A DNA stretch of 64,000 nt from Candidatus Peregrinibacteria bacterium. Lineage in GTDB: Bacteria; Patescibacteriota; Gracilibacteria; UBA1369. Positions 1 to 7,700 of this stretch are shown here, piece by piece. The position numbers and the translations under genes were made by a program. Location: positions 128,001 through 192,000 of the forward strand of contig OY970195.1 in NCBI GenBank assembly GCA_963708185.1, written 5' to 3'. Positions within the stretch are counted from its first letter, which is position 1, and every line of letters begins with the position of its first letter. The notes below the pieces were generated by a model. The model saw only the letters and a list, made by a program, of their open reading frames with translations. It was not told the origin of the DNA and made no database searches.

Positions 1-112
1 GGACCTCTTCCAGATATTGTCCGGTTTCCGTCGGGAGGACTTCAGTCACTTCCTGCGTTTCGGGATCAAAAGCTCTTTTCCGTAATTGTGGTGAACTGTT
101 TCCGTTTTTCAT
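1..112 (-). CDS. Hypothetical protein, 5' part only (runs off window start)
   Basis: ATG at 112-110 opens a frame MKNGNSSPQLRKRAFDPETQEVTEVLPTETGQYLEEV that stays open to the window edge. Confidence 0.4.
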   Translation of the reverse strand, partial: MKNGNSSPQLRKRAFDPETQEVTEVLPTETGQYLEEV

Positions 113-188
113 TAAAAAATCGTGAAAATTTGGTTGGACCAATTAATCACAGGAAATACATATCTGTCAACCCTTCCGATTTTTCGTT

Positions 189-806
189 TTATCTTTTGTA
201 GACCCAGATCGGGGCCAGGTTGAGGTCGCGGTTGCGTTCTTCGCGATGCGTAACCTTCCAGGAGCCGATCGGAAAGGCGTAGGAAACCACTCGCGCGCCT
301 TTTTTGAGTTCGGCATCGAGTTTGGGCTGGAGATGAGCGAGTGATTCGGGAAGGAGATAACAGACGATGACGTCTGCATCGCTTAGATTGCGGCGACGGA
401 AATCGGCGAAACGGATTTTCGCTTTGGATTTCCAGAAGAATTTTCTGATCACCGCCAATGCGAACACTAACGGAGAAAGTTCAAAACCGGTGGCATTGGC
501 TTTGTATTCGTTGGCTGCAAGGTAAACCATTCTCCCGTCACCGCAGCCGATGTCATAAACTTTTTCGCCGGGTTTGATCTTGGCGAGTTCGAGCATTTTT
601 TCAACCCTGGCCATGGGCGTCGGCACAAACGGTGCGCCTGTAGCCATGGCAATAATCGTTGGAATGGTAATGAGGATGGCAAGCGCCATGGCCCACGGCG
701 TACGGAAAGTATCCGTGGCAAGAGCAACGATGGCTACCACTGCAACGGAAAGCAGAAAGAAGGTAATGAAGTCGAGAACCTTGTTGTTTTTTGTTTTAGA
801 TTTCAT
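189..806 (-). CDS. Membrane-anchored class I SAM-dependent methyltransferase (FAM173/archaeal KMT-like)
   Basis: Two N-terminal hydrophobic helices, APFVPT pre-MT motif, motif I YDIGCGDG, post-II VIVCYL, VVSYAF. Confidence 0.8.
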   Translation of the reverse strand: MKSKTKNNKVLDFITFFLLSVAVVAIVALATDTFRTPWAMALAILITIPTIIAMATGAPFVPTPMARVEKMLELAKIKPGEKVYDIGCGDGRMVYLAANEYKANATGFELSPLVFALAVIRKFFWKSKAKIRFADFRRRNLSDADVIVCYLLPESLAHLQPKLDAELKKGARVVSYAFPIGSWKVTHREERNRDLNLAPIWVYKR

Positions 807-1365
807 ACATGTAAATCGTTGGCAGTTTTTGTTTTGGATTTCTTGCCCAGACGCGGCTGGGTTTCACGCCGCGGATGGAAAAGGTGTTGCTGATGATGCG
901 CGTTCCTTTCCTGCACTCCTTCTTGAGTTTCTTATAGAGCTGGGACATGGTTTCCGGTCCCAGGTAGCAGAAGATGACGTTGGCGTCTTTGAGGTTGGCG
1001 TGAAAGAAGTTGGCGAGATAGACGTTGATTTTGGAGTTGATGAGCAGTTTGTTCAGCTGTGCCAGCATGTAGGGGATCGGAGCCAGTTCGTACCCTTTGG
1101 CGAGGATTTTTTTCTTTTTTTCGGCTTCGAAGAGTAGTCTTCCATCGCCGCAGCCCAGGTCGTAGACCACTTCGTTGTTTTTGAGTCCGGCAACCTTGAC
1201 CATTTTTTGCATGACCCGTTTCTTGGTTGGAACGAAGGGGACCCGCAGGAAAAGACTGATCATCGCGGTGAGGAGCATCAGCATGGTGAGTGCCAGAATG
1301 CCCATGGCGATCGTTTCGCGGAACATTTCCATAGTCATGGTGTAAATTTCTTTCAAGTTTAGCAT
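796..1365 (-). CDS. Membrane-anchored class I SAM-dependent methyltransferase, paralog of the adjacent gene
   Basis: One N-terminal TM helix, VPFVPT, YDLGCGDG, IFCYL, IISNTF; true start may be a few codons downstream. Confidence 0.8.
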   Translation of the reverse strand: MLNLKEIYTMTMEMFRETIAMGILALTMLMLLTAMISLFLRVPFVPTKKRVMQKMVKVAGLKNNEVVYDLGCGDGRLLFEAEKKKKILAKGYELAPIPYMLAQLNKLLINSKINVYLANFFHANLKDANVIFCYLGPETMSQLYKKLKKECRKGTRIISNTFSIRGVKPSRVWARNPKQKLPTIYMYEI

Positions 1366-1447
1366 AAAAAGCCGCTAAAGTCTAAAAATATTGTTCCCAA
1401 AACGGTCAACCTTTGTTAAGGTGTCTAGCGTCATTTTATTTATCAAT

Positions 1448-2305
1448 ATGCCAAAAGAGGTTTCCATCGGTCTTGTCCAGATGCATTCCGGCGAAGATAC
1501 CGGCGCCAACTTGAAAAAAGCTCTTGAGGGGATGGCTGAAGCGGCAAAGAAAGGCGCGCAGATCATCGCATTGCCGGAACTGTTCCGGGCTCCGTATTTT
1601 TGTCAGAAGAAAGATGACAAGTTTTTCAATTTCGCCGAGCCTTTTCCGGGGCCGACCGTCGAGGCGTTGGTCAAAGCCGCCAGGGAATATGAGGTGGTCG
1701 TTGTTACCTCCGTGTATGAGAAAGCTTCGGAGGGGAAATACTATAATACCGCAGTGGTCATCGACGCCGATGGTTCTCTGGCCGGAAAGTACCGCAAAAT
1801 CCATATCCCGAACGATCCCGAACACGGGTACGACGAAGCCTATTATTTTTCTCCTGGTGATCTTGGAGTGGGAGTTTTTCAAACGCGTTACGCCAAAGTG
1901 GCTCCGCAGATCTGTTATGACCAGTGGTTCCCGGAAGGCGCGCGCATTGCCGGACAGAAGGGCGCGGAAATTTTATTTTTCCCCACGGCCATCGGATGGC
2001 CGGTGAATCAGCGTGAAGAGTGGCTCAATAAAGCGGAGAATACGATGTGGAAAACCACACAGATCAGTCACGGTATTGATAATAATTGCTTCGTGGCCGC
2101 CGTGAATCAGGTCCAGCTTCAGGATACGTTGAATTTTTGGGGAAGCTCTTTTGTGAGTGATCCCTACGGACAGGTGCTTGGTGAAGCTTCGATGGATAAA
2201 GAAGAGGTTCTGGTGGTGAAATGCAATCTCGACGTTATTCAGTTGAAGGAACATGATTGGCCTTTTCACAGCGATGTTTCCAAGGTAACCGATAACATGA
2301 AGTAA
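1448..2305 (+). CDS. aguB: N-carbamoylputrescine amidase (nitrilase/CN-hydrolase family)
   Basis: Catalytic triad motifs LPELF, YRKIHIP, ICYDQWFPE; FPTAIGW and FWGSSF; directly upstream of agmatine deiminase. Confidence 0.85.
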   Translation: MPKEVSIGLVQMHSGEDTGANLKKALEGMAEAAKKGAQIIALPELFRAPYFCQKKDDKFFNFAEPFPGPTVEALVKAAREYEVVVVTSVYEKASEGKYYNTAVVIDADGSLAGKYRKIHIPNDPEHGYDEAYYFSPGDLGVGVFQTRYAKVAPQICYDQWFPEGARIAGQKGAEILFFPTAIGWPVNQREEWLNKAENTMWKTTQISHGIDNNCFVAAVNQVQLQDTLNFWGSSFVSDPYGQVLGEASMDKEEVLVVKCNLDVIQLKEHDWPFHSDVSKVTDNMK

Positions 2306-2306
2306 C

Positions 2307-3386
2307 ATGACCTACCTGATGCCCGCAGAATGGGAACCACATGAAGGGACCTGGCTGGCCTGGCCGCATAACCTTTCGCATTGGCCGGGGAAGTTCGAAC
2401 CGACTCCGTTGGATTACGTACAGATCATCCGAGCGCTTGCCGAAAGCGAGAAGGTTTTTGTGTGCGTCAATGATGAAAAAATGGAACAGGAAGCCCGGAA
2501 GTTCCTGGGAAAAGGCGGCAGCATCAGTTTCCAGAGCGACGGAAAAATTCGCACACGGGAAGTTGCCGGAGTGTCTGCGGAGTTGATGAAGAACGTCATG
2601 TTTTATCGGATACCGACGGACTCTTCGTGGATGCGCGATATTGGTCCGATTTTTGTGCGGGACGTTGAAAAGGGAGGACTGGTTGCGTTGGATTGGGATT
2701 TTAACGCATGGGGAGCCAAGTACAAACCTTACGATCAGGACAATCTGGTTCCCAAAAAAGTCGCGGAAACGCTGGGATTAGAGTTCCGCGAACCGGGGAT
2801 GGTTCTGGAAGGCGGTTCCATAGACGTCAACGGCCGCGGGCTGCTGTTGACCACGGAGCAGTGCCTGTTGAACAAGAACCGCAACCCTCAGTTGGCCCGC
2901 GGCCAGATCGAGGATTATTTGCATAAGTTTTTCGGCGCCAAGAAGGTGCTGTGGCTCAAAGAGGGCATTGACGGCGATGATACCGACGGACATATCGATG
3001 ACGTTGCGCGGTTTGTTTCTCCGGACATGGTGGTGTGCGCCGTGGAAACGGACGAGAACGATGAAAACTATCCGATTTTGAAGCAATGTTACGAAGACCT
3101 GAAGAAGATGACCGACCTGGACGGGAAACCTTTGAAAGTCGTAAAACTTCCCATGCCTTTGCCCGTTCTCCATGAGGGCCAGCGTTTGCCCGCGAGCTAC
3201 GCGAATTTTCTCATCACCAACAAGAGCGTCCTCGTGCCCACGTTTGAATGTGAACGGGACAAGGAAGCTCTTGATGTTTTACAGAAGTGTTTTCCGGACC
3301 GTAAGGTGGTCGGGATTGATTGTACAGATTTGATTTGGGGCCTGGGGACGATTCATTGTTCCAGTCAGCAGCAACCCATCCGGTAA
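2307..3386 (+). CDS. aguA: Agmatine deiminase
   Basis: MPAEWEPH, WMRDIGP, FNAWG, LEGGSI, DTDGHID, ASYANF, GTIHCSSQQQP with catalytic Cys. Confidence 0.95.
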   Translation: MTYLMPAEWEPHEGTWLAWPHNLSHWPGKFEPTPLDYVQIIRALAESEKVFVCVNDEKMEQEARKFLGKGGSISFQSDGKIRTREVAGVSAELMKNVMFYRIPTDSSWMRDIGPIFVRDVEKGGLVALDWDFNAWGAKYKPYDQDNLVPKKVAETLGLEFREPGMVLEGGSIDVNGRGLLLTTEQCLLNKNRNPQLARGQIEDYLHKFFGAKKVLWLKEGIDGDDTDGHIDDVARFVSPDMVVCAVETDENDENYPILKQCYEDLKKMTDLDGKPLKVVKLPMPLPVLHEGQRLPASYANFLITNKSVLVPTFECERDKEALDVLQKCFPDRKVVGIDCTDLIWGLGTIHCSSQQQPIR

Positions 3387-3413
3387 GCAACCGAAAGCGC
3401 TTCCGGGAGCGTA

Positions 3414-4955
3414 TTAAAACGAAGCCCAGATCATCTGGTTGTAGATTTCGTGGTGGAAAAGGATTTCGCCGTTCTTGATTTTGGTGCCGAGAGAACGAGG
3501 GCTGCGGTTTGACGCGGATTTTTTGAGTTCAGCGTATTTGGCGTGGTTTTCAGCGCCCATAATCTGTTTCATGAAGTCGCTTTTTTCGAATCTTATGATG
3601 GCGGTGTCGATCTCACCGGGGAGCTTTTGCGGTTTTCCGTTGAACACCGCTTTCTCCATCTTCTGGAGTTCGGATTCGGAAGCCGCCATCCCGGCCAGAC
3701 CGCACTGGATAAGCGTGTAGTAGGCAACGTAAGGATTCGCGTCCGGGGCCACCGTTCGGACCTCGATGCGGGCGCTTTTTTCGTTGCCGATGGGGATGCG
3801 GATCATCGACCCGCGGTCTGTCGCCGATATTTTAATCTCATTGGGTGCTTCGTAGGCGGGGTCGAGACGGCGGTAGGCGTTGACGCTGGAGTTGATGGTC
3901 AAACAGAGGTCCATGCCGTAATAGAGGATGCCGGTGGCGAAGCGGCGTGCGGTTTCGGAAAGCTTATGGTCTCCCTTGGCATCATAGAAAAGGTTTTTAT
4001 CGTTTTTGGAGAGCGACATGTTCGTATGCATCCCGCTGCCGTTGATGCCCTGGACGGGTTTCGGCAGGAACGATGCAGTAAGGCCCATGGCGCTCGCCAC
4101 CTGACGGGCCAGCAGCTTGTAGAGTTGGATCTGATCCGCGGTGTGGAGCGCGCTCGTGAAGCGGAAATTGAGTTCAAACTGGGCCGGGGCCACTTCAGGA
4201 TGGTCTTTTTCGTTTTCGAAGCCGAGGGCCCGTTGGACCTCCGCGAACTTATCGATGAATTTTCTTAACACGTCCTGGGGCAGGGAACTGTAGTATCCGC
4301 TCGATGTGACCAGTTCGAAGCCGGTTTTTTCATCGTAGGACTGTTCGGCCTTGAATCCTTTAAAAAGGAATCCTTCGATTTCGGGGGCGATATTTACGGT
4401 GATGCCTTTGGCTTCCAGTTCTTCGCACAGCGTTGAAAGGCGGGAACGGAAGTCACTCTCGTAGAGGCTCCCGTCCTTGTCGCAGACATTGGCGAACAGC
4501 AGAATTTTTCCGCGGCCGAACAGGTCCGATGGGGCGAAGCGAAAGGTACTCCAGTCTATTTTTAAACGGAGGTCGGACTCTTTCTGTGGCGTAAAGCCGC
4601 GGATGGACGAACCGTCAAAGGTCAGGTTGTCTTCCGCTCCCAGGAGGAATTTCTTGTCATAGTCCAGGCTGTGAAGTCTTCCTTCGAGATCACTGAAGAA
4701 CACGGTCAGGGCTTTGATGCCCGGCTCTTTGCGAAGATAGTCCATGAATTTTTCACGCATCTCTTCAGTAGTGTTTGAGGACCGTTCTTTTTTGATCTGC
4801 AGGTTGCGCTCTTCGAGTTCGAGGTAATCCAGGTCCAGCAGATGGTCCGGAATGATGAAATCGAAATCGTAATCGCGTTCGCGCGGAGTGATGGTTCCCG
4901 GGGTTTTGGTCGTCGTTTTTTTGGTGATGATGCCTTCAACCATAAGAGTGTGCAT
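3414..4955 (-). CDS. glnA: Glutamine synthetase (type I-like) with N-terminal extension
   Basis: FDGSSI, HPEVAPAQFE, FLPKP, NGSGMHTNMS, AYRRLDPAYEAP, RIEVR, DANPY. Confidence 0.88.
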   Translation of the reverse strand: MHTLMVEGIITKKTTTKTPGTITPRERDYDFDFIIPDHLLDLDYLELEERNLQIKKERSSNTTEEMREKFMDYLRKEPGIKALTVFFSDLEGRLHSLDYDKKFLLGAEDNLTFDGSSIRGFTPQKESDLRLKIDWSTFRFAPSDLFGRGKILLFANVCDKDGSLYESDFRSRLSTLCEELEAKGITVNIAPEIEGFLFKGFKAEQSYDEKTGFELVTSSGYYSSLPQDVLRKFIDKFAEVQRALGFENEKDHPEVAPAQFELNFRFTSALHTADQIQLYKLLARQVASAMGLTASFLPKPVQGINGSGMHTNMSLSKNDKNLFYDAKGDHKLSETARRFATGILYYGMDLCLTINSSVNAYRRLDPAYEAPNEIKISATDRGSMIRIPIGNEKSARIEVRTVAPDANPYVAYYTLIQCGLAGMAASESELQKMEKAVFNGKPQKLPGEIDTAIIRFEKSDFMKQIMGAENHAKYAELKKSASNRSPRSLGTKIKNGEILFHHEIYNQMIWASF

Positions 4956-5260
4956 TAAGAATTAAGAGTGTTTTTCGTTGTTTGTCCGAAGTTCTGGTCG
5001 AACCAGTGAGAAAGGTGCGTTTCGGCGTTTTTTTTACCGATGGTATCCGTGAGTTTTTTGACGGCTTCGCGATATTCCTCACTGGTGAGAAGCTCGAGGT
5101 GTCCGGCTTTTCCGAGGGCGATTCTTACTGATGCGATGGTCGCGTCGAAATCCCTTATGGCCATTTCTTCTTTCGACCATTGGGCGTTTTCGGATGCGTC
5201 GACGGCCGGTGTTTCGACCTGATTGGGGCTCGGCTCGATGTGCAGTGTTTCCTGAGGCAT
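4955..5260 (-). CDS. Hypothetical protein, translationally coupled to glnA
   Basis: 101-aa ORF whose TAA overlaps the glnA ATG by 1 nt. Confidence 0.6.
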   Translation of the reverse strand: MPQETLHIEPSPNQVETPAVDASENAQWSKEEMAIRDFDATIASVRIALGKAGHLELLTSEEYREAVKKLTDTIGKKNAETHLSHWFDQNFGQTTKNTLNS

Positions 5261-5347
5261 AAACTGGTAAAGAGAATGGATAAATACGAAAGAACTCTAA
5301 ATCAAAAAAGATGAAAAACAAGTGCGATCATTGTGCCGTTTTTTTGT

Positions 5348-5364
5348 TGTAGCAAAGTCCGACA
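5348..5364. promoter_or_regulatory. Putative operator palindrome 1 (TGTAG-N7-CGACA)
   Basis: tgtagcaaagtccgaca in the divergent glnA/TrmB intergenic region; inverted near-copy at 5416-5432. Confidence 0.5.
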
Positions 5365-5415
5365 AAGTTTTTTTTCTCTTTATTTTCAAGGTTTTTTGTA
5401 TTATTTTTCCAGAGC

Positions 5416-5432
5416 TGTCGTAATTTTCTACA
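5416..5432. promoter_or_regulatory. Putative operator palindrome 2 (TGTCG-N7-CTACA)
   Basis: tgtcgtaattttctaca; its reverse complement tgtagaaaattacgaca matches site 1 at 14 of 17 positions. Confidence 0.5.
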
Positions 5433-5471
5433 ACAGTTTTTATTGCCGGGAACCTTTATATATGTTTTTTT

Positions 5472-6200
5472 ATGCTTCAAAAACTTTTTCACAATCTCGG
5501 GGTCGAGGACAAAGAGGCGAAAATTTATCTGGCCGCTCTTGAAGCGGGGTCGAGTCCGGTTTCCGTTATCGCCTCAAAGGCCCGAATGAACCGCGTTACG
5601 GCGTACGGCGTCCTGGAGAAACTTGTCAAAAAGGGCATGGTCAGTTTCATGATCAAGCGCAACGTGAAGTATTTTCACGCCACCGATCCCGAGCTCCTGC
5701 TCAAGGAGTATCAGAAGCGTCTGCATGATCTTGAAAAGGCCTTGCCGGACCTGAAACGTCTTTATGGTGAAACTCCGCATCCCAAGGTGAACTACTTTGA
5801 GGGGGTTGACGGCATCAAGACGATTTATCAGGATACGTTGACGGCCAAAACGGAGATTCTGAACTTTTGTAACTCTCGGGTTATCCGCGAGTTCTGGCCG
5901 GAATACGACGAAGAGTACGTCCTGGGACGCGTTAAAAGAAAAATCTATTTGCGAGGCATCGCTCCCGACGACGAGTACGGAAAGAAGGTTACGAAGGAAG
6001 ATACGAGCATGTTGAGGGAGATCAGGCTCGTTCCCCGTCGCCGCTACAATTTCAGCAACGACGTCAACGTGTATGACGATAAAGTGGCGATCATTTCTTT
6101 CCAATTTGAACCGATCGGAATGATCATCGAAAACGCCGAAATCGCCGACACACAGAGGATGATTTTTAAAATGGCCTGGGATTTTGCCGGGACTTTTTAA
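5472..6200 (+). CDS. TrmB-family transcriptional regulator
   Basis: N-terminal wHTH (LGVEDKEAKIYLAAL...RVTAYGVLEKLVKKG), PKVNYFEGVDGI, C-terminal VYDDKVAIISF..GMIIEN. Confidence 0.88.
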   Translation: MLQKLFHNLGVEDKEAKIYLAALEAGSSPVSVIASKARMNRVTAYGVLEKLVKKGMVSFMIKRNVKYFHATDPELLLKEYQKRLHDLEKALPDLKRLYGETPHPKVNYFEGVDGIKTIYQDTLTAKTEILNFCNSRVIREFWPEYDEEYVLGRVKRKIYLRGIAPDDEYGKKVTKEDTSMLREIRLVPRRRYNFSNDVNVYDDKVAIISFQFEPIGMIIENAEIADTQRMIFKMAWDFAGTF

Positions 6201-6274
6201 AAAACTTCTTGCGCTTCGCTTCGTAATTTGATAAAAACGAAATTACGATGTTCTTTTTTACCCCAACGTTTTAA

Positions 6275-7669
6275 GTGAAAAAACGTCAGCGGCCGTCCGC
6301 GAAAAAAAATTACAAAAAAGTCTGGAAACTCGGCCAAAGGGAATTCAATACCCAGTACTTCGACATCAACAAAAACGGGGACCTCATCATACGCGAAGGG
6401 AACTATCAGTATAACGTGTATGATCTGGCGAAAAAGTTCGGTTCCTCCGTTGAGATTTTTTTGCCTTCCATTCTCGAAGAGCGCCTCCGCCATCTGTTCA
6501 GGACGGTGGCCATTAATACGAAACGTCTCAGCTATAAGGGCAGGTTCACGTACCATTTTCCGATGAAGGTGAACCAGAACAAGGAGTTCATGCTTCCTCT
6601 CGTCGCGGAAGGGGCCCATCTTGAATGTGCTTCCGCAAACGATCTCTGGATCGTGAAGAAACTGTGGGAAGGTGAAAACTTTCATTCCAAGATCAAGGTC
6701 CTCTGCAACGGCCCAAAGACGGAGCAGTACATCGCCCTGATCAAGAAACTCCGCGAGGCGGGACTGACGATCATCCCTATCATTGAAGACGCCGAAGAGC
6801 TCAAGCTTTTCAAAGGATTCAACGGGGATATGGGCATTCGCATCAATCTCCAGTCCAAGGTGAAGTCCCACTGGGACAAGAAGATCGACCGTTTCGGACT
6901 CATGCTCGACGAAATCCTGGAGCTGGGCAAGATCCGCAACCTCAAGGTTTTGCATTATCACATCGGTTCGCAGATTCTGGTGGAGAACGACATCATCGCC
7001 GCCCTCCGCGAAGCTTTTAACGCCTACCGCAAGATCCGTGAAATCAATCCTTCCCTGGATACCATCAATATGGGCGGCGGTTTCGCGATCCCTTATGAAA
7101 AGAAAAAGATGTACAGCGTCGAATCCGTGATCTACCGCACGATGAAGACGCTCAAGGATTTGAGTGAAAAGGCTGAGATTCCCGATCCCAACATCATCGT
7201 GGAATGGGGAAGGTACATCACCGCTCCCGCCCAGATCACCGTCTACCGCATTATCGGGTCCAAACCGATTCCGAACGCCGTCACCGCCAAACAGTGGTAC
7301 ATCATTGACGGCAGTTTCATGAACGACCTTCTGGATACCTGGGCCATTCACCAGAAATGGCACGTGACGCCCGTCAATCATATGGACGCCAAGCACCGCC
7401 ACCGCGTGTGGCTGGCCGGTCTGAGCTGCGATTCCGATGATAAATACGCGGCAAGCGACGGTTATCTATTGCTTCCTTCCCTCGACGATCTGGATGAAGG
7501 TGATTCCCAATACATCGCCATTTTCGATACCGGTGCGTACCAGGATGCGTTTTCTTCTCATCACTGTCTGCTTTCGTCTCCGGCAAAAATCGTGCTGCAA
7601 AACGGCATCGTCACGGTGGCCCGCCGAAGAGAAACTCCCGATGACGTGGGCAAGTTGTTCGGCTGGTAG
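6275..7669 (+). CDS. speA: Arginine decarboxylase (fold III PLP), short form
   Basis: PLP-lysine FPMKVNQ, CNGPK, LHYHIGSQ, INMGGG, EWGRY, SCDSDD, TGAYQD; GTG start. Confidence 0.85.
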   Translation: MKKRQRPSAKKNYKKVWKLGQREFNTQYFDINKNGDLIIREGNYQYNVYDLAKKFGSSVEIFLPSILEERLRHLFRTVAINTKRLSYKGRFTYHFPMKVNQNKEFMLPLVAEGAHLECASANDLWIVKKLWEGENFHSKIKVLCNGPKTEQYIALIKKLREAGLTIIPIIEDAEELKLFKGFNGDMGIRINLQSKVKSHWDKKIDRFGLMLDEILELGKIRNLKVLHYHIGSQILVENDIIAALREAFNAYRKIREINPSLDTINMGGGFAIPYEKKKMYSVESVIYRTMKTLKDLSEKAEIPDPNIIVEWGRYITAPAQITVYRIIGSKPIPNAVTAKQWYIIDGSFMNDLLDTWAIHQKWHVTPVNHMDAKHRHRVWLAGLSCDSDDKYAASDGYLLLPSLDDLDEGDSQYIAIFDTGAYQDAFSSHHCLLSSPAKIVLQNGIVTVARRRETPDDVGKLFGW

Positions 7670-7700
7670 GATGATGTGATCAATGAACTCAGGGGCGGGC

